Counted from the stretch's first letter, positions 31,395-42,049 are shown. The stretch: 64,000 bases of DNA from an uncultured Planctomycetaceae bacterium (GCA_963833985.1 CAWIAD010000002.1:160001-224000); one strand, 5' to 3'. The notes: generated by a model from the sequence alone, not told the origin. Made by a program: numbers and translations.

Positions 31395-32099
31395 TCAACC
31401 TGCGTACCCACCACCGCCGTCAAATTCTGGCCGTCGTGCTCCAGTGTCGTAGGTCATGTTGGTTCGCAGGAAGTTCGGTTCCACAACTCTATTTCTTCTT
31501 GATTCATCCTTGTGAGGCAAGAACCAGCTGCCATCGATGAGGACCACATGCCTGCGGCCTGTCGGTGCCCGCAACCAGGACCGAACTCGGATTCTGGTCG
31601 ATGCTTCGAGGCGGGGACAAACGAACTCGATCGGGAGTACCTCTCCGCGGTCGACCTGTTTGTCGAGAATCACGGCAATTCGACCGGGGCTGATGGCAAC
31701 CAGGGTTCCCTGCCATTTCTCATGTCGCCTGAAGTTCTTGAGAGCTTCCCGGAGAATTGCCTCCATGCGCTCCCTTGGAACTCTCTGGTGGATCTCGTCA
31801 TCCACTTCAAATTCGAGTAAATGTGGTTGCTCGGGATGATTGAAGCTCACCCGCACACGCCGCCGTGCATCTTCGTGATACCAGACATGAATTCCGAGCA
31901 AATCTCCATGTTCGATCACGGCTTGTGTTTTATCGATTGCGAAGTTCGGATGCGAGCGGAACCATTGGTCGATGGTCAGCCGGAGCAGCAACTGGATTCT
32001 GTCAGGTTCCGGCCTTGGCTCGGCGATCTTCACATAGATGCAGCCGGGCTTCAACACGATCACCAAAGCGGTCGCATGTCCGTCGTCTGGTGCAGACAT
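31395..32099 (-). CDS. Hypothetical protein (lower-GC island)
   Basis: Long ORF with atypical codon usage and GAGG/GGA upstream of MSAPDDG. No recognised motif. Confidence 0.5.
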   Translation of the reverse strand: MSAPDDGHATALVIVLKPGCIYVKIAEPRPEPDRIQLLLRLTIDQWFRSHPNFAIDKTQAVIEHGDLLGIHVWYHEDARRRVRVSFNHPEQPHLLEFEVDDEIHQRVPRERMEAILREALKNFRRHEKWQGTLVAISPGRIAVILDKQVDRGEVLPIEFVCPRLEASTRIRVRSWLRAPTGRRHVVLIDGSWFLPHKDESRRNRVVEPNFLRTNMTYDTGARRPEFDGGGGYAG

Positions 32100-32342
32100 G
32101 GTATCCATCCTCATCATTTTTGTGGATTGTCGTGAATCGATCCGGCAACGGGCACGTGCGCTGGGGTCCATTCCATCGGCCTCAACCTTCTCTGCTTTAT
32201 CATGTCTGGCTCCCTGCTGCAATTGCCCGGGCGACTTTATCCACGGGCCTCACTCGACACGGCTGGCGGTTTGACAACCTTGAGCCGCTGATTCACAAAG
32301 AGCATGAGTGCCTTGTGAAGCTTGAGGAAGCGTTTTGCGTCA

Positions 32343-33167
32343 TCAGGATCGAGAATCATGGTCTGGTCCCGTCTCGTCCCCAGCTGTGTTAAACACGGAT
32401 GTCACTTTCCCTGGCGCCATCAGCTCGATGTCCATCAAGAGAATCGCATGATCAGAAAGTGCACCCTTGGTTCGCCCGACCGATCCCAGCACTCCCAGGT
32501 CACACACGTATCTGGACTCCAGGACGGTGAAGTGCCGGCTGACGAAGGCATGATCAAGACGGCAGGGCCTGCCCTTCACTGTCCAGAAGCTCGCCTCTTC
32601 CTTCGCGGGTGATGCCATTTGCCACCCGCCGTCCGTGAGCGTCCCGATACAACCTTTGCATAAGGATTCAGGGTCGTCTGGGTCAGTGTTGAAATCCCCG
32701 ATAAGCACAAAGGGGCGGTCTCTCACGGTCGATGCGGTCTCGTTGATCCAGTTCCAGCAGGCACTCTTGGTCTTCGGGTCGTTGCTGTAATCTGGTATTC
32801 GCAGACCAAGAATTTCGCAGCCGTCCTGCCGCAAGATCACATGGAGGAAGTTCGAGGGCATGGACTTCTCAAGAGCGGGAGCTTGAATGTGGCCGAATTC
32901 TACTGGGCCTCGAGATGCGATGAGAACATGATTCTCTCCCAAGGGAGTGACCCGAGAGACCTGCCAGTAAGGGAAACCACGCCTGGCAAGTTGCTCCAGG
33001 AACGGCTGGCGTGAATCTCCATGTACGTATTCATTGAGCACGATCACATCAGGCTGGAGAGAGGCAATTGCATCCACCAGCATCGCGGGAATCGCCCTCG
33101 CTCTCGCCCTGTGATTGAGATTCCAACCCAGAACTCGCAAACCCACTTTTGAAGTCCTTCCGAACAT
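32343..33167 (-). CDS. Endonuclease/exonuclease/phosphatase family protein
   Basis: Motifs LGWN, PDVIVLNE, LIGDFN, RLDHAFVS, LSDH. Confidence 0.85.
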   Translation of the reverse strand: MFGRTSKVGLRVLGWNLNHRARARAIPAMLVDAIASLQPDVIVLNEYVHGDSRQPFLEQLARRGFPYWQVSRVTPLGENHVLIASRGPVEFGHIQAPALEKSMPSNFLHVILRQDGCEILGLRIPDYSNDPKTKSACWNWINETASTVRDRPFVLIGDFNTDPDDPESLCKGCIGTLTDGGWQMASPAKEEASFWTVKGRPCRLDHAFVSRHFTVLESRYVCDLGVLGSVGRTKGALSDHAILLMDIELMAPGKVTSVFNTAGDETGPDHDSRS

Positions 33168-33941
33168 CAGCACCGCATCGAGACGGTTCGGTTTTCCCGC
33201 GTGATCTCATTATCCTCGGAAAACAATAAGAACAAAAAAGGCATGCATGGTCATCTCGTTCTCCTTGCGTCCAGGTGGTTGAGTTCATTCCGGCATTTTT
33301 CCTCGCGCCCGTCTTCGTGTCCGGCTCTGTGCACTGCCTGGCCCGGAATCGCTTTGTTCCCGGTGATGATTGCACGTCGTCGCCCGGCCCCATAGCCCGA
33401 ATTGGGTTCGATTTCACTCGTCAATCCATTGGGAATCCGCACGCAACTCTCTTTTCGCGATGGCTTTACGTCGAGCACAAAATTGGCTTCGATCGATCCA
33501 TTCTTCGAGCGGTGACCACGACCGGCGTGGAAGGATGGCCCAGGATCAACGGACACCCCCAGCCCGCTCTCTGCCCGCACGCCATGGCGCCAGCGTGGCG
33601 GGCCTTGCAGGGGCCTGCCTCCGCTGGCGATGGCACGACAACCGATTCCGAATTGAGAAAGAGCACGATCAGGAAAATGGGGGTCTTCCCGGAACAGCCC
33701 TGGCGAAACTCGTGTGTTCGGCAGGACCCCGGGAAATCGACCATTGCCCCATTCTTAGTATTCACCAGCGCGTGAGCTTTCACGCGCCTTCCGTTATTCC
33801 TGTGGAACCGTGGCCGGATGGTTGTAGCGGTCCTTCACAAACCTGAAACGGCCGGCGAGGAAGGGCTCGCCACGCTCAACCTCCCGCGCGGCGAAATGAA
33901 TGCGCCAGATCGTCCGGATGCGACTCGATCAGGCCGACCAG

Positions 33942-34160
33942 GTGACCACATGAGCGAGCACGTCGTTCGGTTCGGACGCACGGTGATCTCGTTGCCTGCC
34001 TGGTACGGGGTGAGTGACCACGTACGTGAACACATGGCTCGGAGGGGCGATCCGCCAGGCTGATGCGGGTGACCACGTACGTGAGCACGTGGCTCGGATG
34101 GGCGATCCGCCAGGCTGATGCGCGTGACCACGTGCGTGAGCGCGTGGTTCGGACGGGCGC
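33942..34160. repeat. 55-bp tandem repeat (~2.6 copies plus one degenerate copy) with palindromic cores, REP-like, at the 3' side of the RAYT gene
   Basis: GTGACCACGTACGTGAGCACGTGGCTCGGA.GGGCGATCCGCCAGGCTGATGCG starts at 34014, 34069 and 34124, with a degenerate copy at 33942. The core CACGTACGTG is a perfect palindrome. Confidence 0.85.
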
Positions 34161-34227
34161 AGCCTTCAACCTCGGCCGTGAGGCCGACCAGAACCTGGAC
34201 CGACACACAGAGCATCTCGCCGCGGGC

Positions 34228-35262
34228 TCACCGTGCCGGGCAGCCGCCCAAGTTCGCCAGGTGATGCCGGCCGAGCCGCCCGGCCACGTCCCGCAGCCGT
34301 TCCCGGCTGGCGGCGAAGAACCGGCCCAGCAGCCGGCCACCGGCCAGCTTCAGCAGCCGTGCCTGCCAGCTCTCGGCGTTGCTTCCCAGCCGCTCCAATA
34401 TCCCGGCCAGCTCCGCCGAGATCATCGCCTTCCCTTCGCGAAACACCCGCCCAGTGTAATCCACCAGCAGCAGATAGTTCCCCAGCGAGAACCCCTCGAG
34501 CATCCCTTCCCGCGCTGAGTCGAGACCCCGGCGATCCTCGATCGGGCAGAGCCAGAGCTGCTCTTCCAGCCCGCTCGCCGCCTTCGACCCCGCCACACTG
34601 CCGACCTCGGCGGCCTTCAGATCCTCGGCGCGCTCCTGTTCCTGCACATGCTCCACCCGCTGCTTGATGGACGTGTGCGGGCTGGCCTCGGGCACCTCGG
34701 CGATCCCAGCCGCCACCGGGTTCAGATCGATGTAAGCGCAGGTCGCCAGCAATGATTCCTCGTCCAGGATGGCGACGCTCTGGAACCGCCCCTCGAAGAA
34801 CGCCCCGCGAGTGTTCTCCTCGCGGTTGGCCATCCGCGACAGCGGCTCCTTCAGGCACTTCATGAACCAGCTCAGGCTTTGCAGCCGCTGGCGTGCCATT
34901 GCAACCCACCTGGCGTCTTTCAGCCGTTCCGTGACCCACGCCTCCGAGACCGGCAGGGCCTTTCGTGCCTTGTCGCGCGGTGGAAAAAGCCTCCCCCAGC
35001 GCCGCACGACCTCTTCATCCGACCACCCCACCGCGACATCCGGGTCGAGCCGCACCAGCAGATGTAAGTGATTATCGAGGATGGCGAACCCGCCCACGGC
35101 GATCGAGAAGATCTCCGCAAGTTCCTGGACTCGCCGTTCGATCCATTCCTTGCGGTCGACTCCGCCTTCACCCAGCAGAAACGCCCGCCGCACGCACCGC
35201 GTGATGCAGTGATACCAGCGGGTAACCGTCGGATCCACCAGATGCGCCTGCGCGATCGTCAT
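34228..35262 (-). CDS. REP-associated tyrosine transposase (RAYT-like HUH/Y1 transposase)
   Basis: YHCITRCVRRAFLLG, HUH motif DNHLH, FFEGRFQS, catalytic YIDLNP. GAGGAG RBS. Confidence 0.9.
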   Translation of the reverse strand: MTIAQAHLVDPTVTRWYHCITRCVRRAFLLGEGGVDRKEWIERRVQELAEIFSIAVGGFAILDNHLHLLVRLDPDVAVGWSDEEVVRRWGRLFPPRDKARKALPVSEAWVTERLKDARWVAMARQRLQSLSWFMKCLKEPLSRMANREENTRGAFFEGRFQSVAILDEESLLATCAYIDLNPVAAGIAEVPEASPHTSIKQRVEHVQEQERAEDLKAAEVGSVAGSKAASGLEEQLWLCPIEDRRGLDSAREGMLEGFSLGNYLLLVDYTGRVFREGKAMISAELAGILERLGSNAESWQARLLKLAGGRLLGRFFAASRERLRDVAGRLGRHHLANLGGCPAR

Positions 35263-38200
35263 GTCCGGATCTCCTCGCAAGATCCGCACAACCTACCAGA
35301 TCGGCCCGGCCAAGGCAAGACTGCGTTGCATGTCCTTCTGTCCTTCTTACCAGATCGGCCCGGCCAAGGCAAGACTGCGTTGCATGTCCTTTCTGTCCTC
35401 TCCAACCCCAGATCGGCCCGGCCAAGGCAAGACTGCGTTGCATGTCCTTTCTGTCCCTTTTGTCCCTTTTGTCTGTCTGTTTCTGTCTGTCTGTCCTTTC
35501 CTTTCTGTCCTCCTTCTGTCCTTTCCTTTCTGTCCTTTCTGTCCTTTCCCATCTGTCCTGACTTCACCTTCGATTGCGTTCGCAGCTTCTCAAGAATTGC
35601 CACAAATCGTGGATCGCCGCGAAGAGCGTCGATATCGGGATCAGTTTCGAGCTGGTAATGGTCGTCGAAGCCGGACGTGATCGCCAAATTCAGTGCCTCG
35701 AACGATCGATCGATGAGCTTCTTGCGCTCCGTGAGCCGTTCGGGCGACCACGTCTCGACCGGGTGGTCCCGGTCGAGGTTGTCGGCGGCGATGGCCAGCG
35801 CGAAGGCGCTCTGCAACCGATAGTTCGCCGCGGACTCGTACCCGCCGCCCTGTGCCGCCACGTACTTGAGCAGGTTCTCCGCCTTGGTTCGCGCGAGTTC
35901 GGTCTTCCCGCCCCGGGCCAGGGCGAGCATCCAATCGATAGCAACCCCGAGGTCCCTGGTCCTGGCGCGCGTGTTGCTCGCGGATCGCCAGACATTCGTC
36001 GTACAGCTTCTGCGACTCGGATCGGTTGCCCAGCTTCAGGGCGGCCGTGGCCGACTTGTACAGCATCTGGGATAAGGCTCTATTGATGGCCAGCAGATCG
36101 TCGGATGCGCTCAGATCCCGCGCCAGGGCGAGTGATTCGTCGTACGATTTCTTGGCCTCATCGGCCTGACCCAGGAAGTAGTGCACATCGCCCAGGGTTT
36201 CGAGTATCCTCGACAGATCCAGCCTGTAAGACTGGTTGTTCGGCTTGAGGCTGAGGAGCTCGCGTCGCACGCTGGCCGCTCTCTCGAACTGCTCGACGGC
36301 CAGCCGTCCCGCCTTGTCGCGTTGATGGAGGGCCGCCATCCTATAGTGGAGCTGGGCCACATATACGAGGTCCTCCTCATCGCGGCGCGAAGCCATGACT
36401 TCTAGATACAACGCCAGGGAGCGGTTGAGCAACTCGATCGCCTCAGCGGGTCTTCCCAGCTCGTAGGTGTCCCACCCCAAAGCAGAAAGAGACTTCGCGA
36501 CGAAGCCCTTCCGCGCGGCTTCCGTGTAATGCGGCGTGCGCGGAGAGCGGAGCACGCGTTCGGCAATCGCGAGCGACCTCGAATGGCCCTCGAACGCCCT
36601 GGCGTACTGTCGGTTCATGATCTCGAAATCGGCAACCTTCGCGTAAGCCACCGAGAGGTTCATGGCGGCGAGGTCGAAGTCCGTCGTCTCGTTCTTGTCG
36701 ATCTCCTCCGCCAGGGCGATCGCCCGGGCATATTTTTCCCGGACCGTCTCGACATCCGCATCGCCTCGCGAACGCAGGCTGTCCGCCTCGTGAAGCATCA
36801 GTGTCAGCTTCGCCCGCTGGGTCATCCCGTCCGAGTCGGCTCGGGAAATCTTGTCCACGAATTGCAAGACTTGGCGGCCGAACTGGTCCTGGACGGTCTT
36901 CGTGTAGATCGAGCTTTCGAGCGTATGACGTAGATCATGCACGGCGAAGCTGATGGCCGTTCGATAGCGATCGTACTGCTGCTTCTCACCTTCGCGTGCC
37001 CTGGCCTCGGCAAGGCGCGCCGCTTCCGTCTCCTTTCGACGGCTCTCGGCCCGGATCATGCCGTATGTCGTCCCCGCGATGCCGGCCAGCAGGCTCAAGA
37101 GGACCATGCTAGCGGCAATTACCGCGCCTCGATGCTTGCGGATAAACTTCCTCATCCGGTAGGTGCGGGAGGGCGGCGCGGCCACCACCGGCTCGTGGGC
37201 CAGGTGCCGCTGGATGTCGGCCGCGAAGCCGTTGGCCGTCTCGTAACGACGCGACCGGTCCTTCTCCAGCGCCATCATCACGATCCAGTCGAGGTCCCCC
37301 TGCAACGCCCGCTTCAGGTGCGCCGGCTCGACGTCGCGGCTGGCTGCGATGTTGGGTAGCGCATCGGACGTGCTCACCTTGGTGCTCGGCCTGGGCGGGT
37401 CGACCTCCCGCACCATCCGCAGCATCTCCAGGATCGCACCCCGCTTGAACTGCTTGGCATCGAGCGGCGGCGAACCCGCCAGCAGCTCGTAGAGGATCAC
37501 GCCCAGCGCATAGACGTCGGTCCTCGTGTCGATGTCCATCGACGACGGGTCGGCCTGCTCGGGCGACATGTAGGTCGGTGTGCCCACGATTGCCCCGGTG
37601 TCGCCGAGGCTCTGGTCGGTGAGGTCGAATTCCGTTGCCTTGGCGACACCGAAATCGATAACCTTGGGCGTCGGCCGGCCGTCGACCTCGGTGACCATCA
37701 CATTGCTGGGCTTCAGGTCGCGGTGGATGATCCCTTTTTGGTGCGCGTGCTGCACGGCCTGGCAAACCTGGACGAACAATTCCAGGCGTGCCTGGACCCC
37801 CAGCCGCTTGCCGTCGCAATACTCGGTGATCGGCTCGCCTGGGACGAGCTCCATCACGAAGAACGGTTGGCCGGCCTCGGTGGTGCCGCCGTCGAACACG
37901 CGGGCGATGTTGGGGTGGTCCATCAACGCGAGTGCCTGCCGCTCGGCGTCGAAGCGAGCGAGGACCGCGCGCGAGTCCATGCCGATCTTGATCAGCTTGA
38001 GCGCGACCTGGCGTTTGACTGGTGCCGTTTGGCTTGCCCGATAAACGGTGCCCATGCCCCCCTCGCCGAGGACTTCGAGCAGCGAGTACCGGCCAGCGAT
38101 GACCTGGCCCACTCCGGATCCGCCGGGCCGGCCGCCGCGCGGGGCGACCGCCAATGCGAACTCCGCGCCGTCGGATCGAAGCTCCCCGGTCGCCAGTGCG

Positions 38201-38457
38201 GATAGCGGAAGCGTTGCCGCGTCCGGTGCCGGGGTCTGGTCGAGAGTTTCGTGTGAGGTCGATTCGTGCATTCCCGTGCCGTCTGCTTCCACGGGTCGTC
38301 CGGCCGCGTCGTGAGTGGTGAGCAGTGCTTCCACCTGCGAGCGGAAATCGGCATCATCTCCGCAGACGGTGTCGAGGTAAGTGGCCCGCGCGGCTGGATC
38401 GGTCCGTTTCAGGGCTTCGGCGACGATGGTCATGACCTTCGGGTCATTCGCGGGCAT
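35259..38457 (-). CDS. Serine/threonine protein kinase with TPR C-terminus; frameshift near 35960; the C-terminal frame runs through the repeat array
   Basis: Motifs GEGGMG, VALK, HRDLKPSN, DFG, YMSPEQ. The tail GFDDHYQLETDPDIDALRGDPRF is in the 35259-35930 frame. Confidence 0.88.
35290..35318 (-). promoter_or_regulatory. Probable sigma70 promoter of the RAYT gene
   Basis: TTGCCT (35318-35313)-17 nt-TAGGTT (35295-35290). The -35 box and spacer lie inside repeat copy 1. Confidence 0.6.
35296..35560. repeat. Three identical 42-bp repeats followed by a ~110-bp TGTCC(T)n stutter tract
   Basis: CCAGATCGGCCCGGCCAAGGCAAGACTGCGTTGCATGTCCTT at 35296, 35350 and 35408. The linkers (12 and 16 nt) and the tail are built from fragments of TCTGTCCTTT. 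Confidence 0.92.
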
Positions 38458-38541
38458 CAGTTCATCTCCTAGCCGAGGGGCTCATTCCCCATGCCTCATC
38501 GGGCGCGGCGGTGCGCCTGGGGATCCCGAAAGGAGTTTAGA

Positions 38542-38640
38542 TTACCTGACGGCCGACGCGTCGGCGAGCCGGGACCGGGCGAACGCCCAGCGGCGGTCGG
38601 CGGTCCGGCGGCAGATGCCCCGGGAGTAGGCCGTGAGCGG
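38542..38640 (-). pseudogene. 3' remnant of a planctomycete ECF sigma factor
   Basis: GICRRTADRRWAFARSRL resembles the region-4 end (GIS.RTA.R.W..ARAWL) of ECFs that precede kinases. No upstream coding part is present. Confidence 0.6.
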
Positions 38641-38739
38641 CAACGCGTCAGATGACTGGACTGCGCCGAATCGGGCATGGACGCACCCCGTTAGCAAATC
38701 GAGCCTTGATTTCTGGGCCGCTTTGCCCGCGATGTCGGA

Positions 38740-38890
38740 AAAGCAAGGAAACCAAGGAAAGGACATGCACATGCAAGTAAGAAAGTAAGGAAAAGTAAGG
38801 AAAGGACACGCAATGCAGTCTTGACTCGAGAAGAAGAGGAGAAGAAGAAGAAAGAAGAGGAGGACAGGCAATGCAGCCTGCCCTGGAGCT
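38740..38890. repeat. Inverted, degenerate array of the RAYT end motif with purine stutter tracts
   Basis: AAGGACATGCA (~38759), AAGGACACGCAATGCAGTCTTG (~38802) and AGGACAGGCAATGCAGCCTGCCCTGG (~38861) match the reverse complement AAGGACATGCAACGCAGTCTTGCCTTGG of the 42-bp repeat. Confidence 0.8.
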
Positions 38891-39579
38891 ACCGGCCCAG
38901 CGTCGGTCAGAACCCGCAGGTCCGGACGCTCTGTGATCGCTGTGCCAGTGTGCTGAGCGGTGGTCCCGCAATCGCTTGAGTCCGACCATTTCTCCGTTCG
39001 CCCACGAGGTTGGCGCCCATCGCCGGCAACGCAAGTGTCCGATTCACCGCGCCTTGACAGGCACGCCGGATGCCGCGCGGACCGCTGTCGATCCGTGTGG
39101 CTCACGCTGGGTGGCGTGAGGCCCCTTGCGTACGTATGAGATCGCAGGCCATGCCGCATGACCCCGGCAATGGCCGCGAGCATAGGGCAACCGTTCGCCG
39201 ATCCAGCGCACGGGTGGGTGCTGACGCGATCGAGCATGTCTCTCAGGTAGGGTCGAGTACTTCGGGCACGATTTCAATCGTGTCATTCTCCTTCCTTTAG
39301 CCCCAATGCCTTTTAACGAAGCACAACTACGGTCTGCTTAATGAGTCTCGCCTGACAACCCGCCGAGAATTCGTTGGGGATTCGTCGTGTCCGGGTGCGT
39401 TTTGGCAATCTCCTGGAAGAAGCGAAACCCCGACGGGGCGGATGATGTGATCGCCCGATTGGTTTTCGCAGGATCTCGAGAAACTCAATCAGGGCCGCGG
39501 AAACGGCGTGCAATCGGTGAGTCTCGCAGAGGCTCCGCGCTCGCCGTTCGGCCTGTCACTCCCAGCGAGGGGGGGAATC

Positions 39580-41943
39580 ATGACATCGTTCTTTTCAGGC
39601 AGAGTCCGCGATGATCGCATGAACCGACGTCAAGTGCGCCGGAAGCGTCTCACCATTGAGCCACTTGAAGACCGCCAAATGCTAACGACCTTCCTCGTCA
39701 CGAGTACCGCCGACAGCGGGGCCGGCAGCTTGCGGCAGGCGCTCATCAGCTCGAATTCCGTCAAGGGGCCGAACACGATCAACTTCAACATCGCCGGTAC
39801 TGGTGGGCACACGATCACCCTGAACTCACCGCTGGCCGTGATCACTCAACCCGTGGTGATCGACGGCACGTCCGAGCCCCATAGCGGGGGCCTGCCGCTC
39901 ATCCAGATCGATGGCACGAGCGCGGGATCCTCGGCGATCGGGCTGAGCGTTGGCTCGACCGCTTCGGCGAGCGTCATCAAGGGCCTGTCCATCACGGATT
40001 TCAAAGGTGGCGGCCTGCTCGTCAACGGGGCCTCCAACGTCACCATCTCCAACGATCTGTTCGGGATGACGAGCCCTTCACTGGGCCCGATCACGCTGCG
40101 GGCCAACGGCGGTTTCGGCATCGAGCTCGAGAATGGCGGCAGCCATAATACCGTGAGCGGCGTGGACATCGTGGGCGGATCTCAGACCCAGGGCGTCCTG
40201 ATCACCGGCACCAACACGAGCAACAACACCGTCCAGAACTCCGAGTTCGGGTCCGATCCCAGTGGAACGATCTTCGTCGCCAGCAACTTTCCCACGCTGG
40301 AGTCGAACACGGCAATTGCGATCACGAAAGGAGCCGCGAATAACCTGGTCACCGGGAACCTGCTCGCGACTTACTTCAGTTATGGTGTCTACCTGGCGGA
40401 CACTGGCACGGCGAGCAACGTGCTCACGGGCAACAAGCTCGGCACGGATGTCACGGGCACGCACCTGGCGGGCGGCAACCCGGCCTTCGGAATCTATTTC
40501 GCTGGTGGAGCGACGAGGAATACCGTCGGCGGCACGACCTCAGCCAGTCGCAACCTGATCGACGGCAACCAAGCCTGCGGCATCTTCTTCGCGCCAGGCT
40601 CGTCGAACAACCTCGTGGAAGGTAACAACATCGGCACGAACGCCGCGGGCACCGGTGCTCTGCCCAACGTGACCGGCGTGGTGCTCGAGGCCGAGTCCCG
40701 CTACAACACGATCGGTGGAACCACCACAGGCGCTCTCAACCTGATCTCGGGAAACTCGTTTGCCGGGGTTGACCTGGTCGGGGCGTCAAACACTCTGATC
40801 GAGGGGAATGACATCGGAACGGATGTCACGGGCACCAAGCCGCTCCCCAACGGCGGCAACGGCGTGTTGGTGCAGAATGGGTCAGGCTGTAACACGATCG
40901 GCGGGACCACCGCAGGCGCCCGCAACGTCATCTCGGGGAATGGCACCAACGGCGTCCTCATCACCGACGCCTGCACCTCGCTGAACCTGATCGAGGGGAA
41001 CTACATCGGCACCAATGCCGCGGGGACGGGCCCGGTCGCCAATGGCAACGACGGCGTGTTGGTCCAGTCCGGGGCCACCTCGAACACGATCGGAGGAACC
41101 ACCACCGGCGGCCTCAATGTCATCTCGGGCAACCAGGTCTGCGGCGTCTATCTTCTCGGTGCCGGTACCTCACTCAACGTGGTTGAGGGCAATGAGATCG
41201 GAACGACCGCCGCGGGCACCGGTGCTCTGCCCAATCTTATCAACGGCGTGGACATCGTCTCCGGGGCAACCAACAACACCATTGGCGGCACGACTCCCGG
41301 CACTCGCAACATCGTCTCGGGAAACACCTACAACGGCGTGGTCATCGCCTTTGCCGGCGCCTCGAACAACATCGTCGAAGGCAATGATATTGGAACCACG
41401 GCCAACGGCGTGGGAGCCCTCCCCAACGGTGCCGACGGTGTCGATGTGATCGGCGGAGCGACGGGCAACACGATCGGCGGCTTATCGCCTTCCCAGGGCA
41501 ACGTCATTGCCGGGAACCGGAACAACGGCATCACCATCACAGGCGCCGGCACCAACGCCAACCTCATCCTCAGCAATCATATCGGCACGGATCTCACGGG
41601 GACGGTGCCACTCGGAAACCTGGGTAACGGCGTGCAGTTCGACAGCGGGGCGTCCAACAACCTGCTAGGCGGTTCGACCGGCAGCGGCCTGAACTACATC
41701 GCGTTCAACCAGGGCAATGGAGTTCTCATAACGGGCGCAGGCACGACCGGTAACGTGGTCCAGTACGATTTCATTGTCCAGAATGGCCAGAACGGCATCT
41801 CCGTCTCTCAGGCGGCCGGAAATACGATCCAGGATTGCACGATCGAGATCAACGCGTGGTGGGGCATCGCCCTCACACAGAGCGATCCCACCTACCTCAT
41901 CAACAACATCCTTGCCGGCAACGGCTACGGGGGTATCTCGTGA
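39580..41943 (+). CDS. Secreted right-handed parallel beta-helix repeat protein
   Basis: IEPLEDRQML planctomycete signal, DSGAGSLRQA, and repeated NTIGGTT..RNVISGN..N.IEGN.IGT units. Confidence 0.88.
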   Translation: MTSFFSGRVRDDRMNRRQVRRKRLTIEPLEDRQMLTTFLVTSTADSGAGSLRQALISSNSVKGPNTINFNIAGTGGHTITLNSPLAVITQPVVIDGTSEPHSGGLPLIQIDGTSAGSSAIGLSVGSTASASVIKGLSITDFKGGGLLVNGASNVTISNDLFGMTSPSLGPITLRANGGFGIELENGGSHNTVSGVDIVGGSQTQGVLITGTNTSNNTVQNSEFGSDPSGTIFVASNFPTLESNTAIAITKGAANNLVTGNLLATYFSYGVYLADTGTASNVLTGNKLGTDVTGTHLAGGNPAFGIYFAGGATRNTVGGTTSASRNLIDGNQACGIFFAPGSSNNLVEGNNIGTNAAGTGALPNVTGVVLEAESRYNTIGGTTTGALNLISGNSFAGVDLVGASNTLIEGNDIGTDVTGTKPLPNGGNGVLVQNGSGCNTIGGTTAGARNVISGNGTNGVLITDACTSLNLIEGNYIGTNAAGTGPVANGNDGVLVQSGATSNTIGGTTTGGLNVISGNQVCGVYLLGAGTSLNVVEGNEIGTTAAGTGALPNLINGVDIVSGATNNTIGGTTPGTRNIVSGNTYNGVVIAFAGASNNIVEGNDIGTTANGVGALPNGADGVDVIGGATGNTIGGLSPSQGNVIAGNRNNGITITGAGTNANLILSNHIGTDLTGTVPLGNLGNGVQFDSGASNNLLGGSTGSGLNYIAFNQGNGVLITGAGTTGNVVQYDFIVQNGQNGISVSQAAGNTIQDCTIEINAWWGIALTQSDPTYLINNILAGNGYGGIS

Positions 41944-42049
41944 CGGGAGCTGGTCCCGGGGCAGAAAATGAGAGGCGGCGGGGTGGACGCACACGTGGCC
42001 ATCTGCCCCGAACGCCGGGACGTGCGGACCCGCGACGATACGATGTGCG

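Noticed and set aside
35296..35449. CRISPR array (three identical 42-bp repeats)
   Set aside because: The spacers are only 12-16 nt and derive from the repeat end, there are no cas genes, and the array is tied to a RAYT gene.
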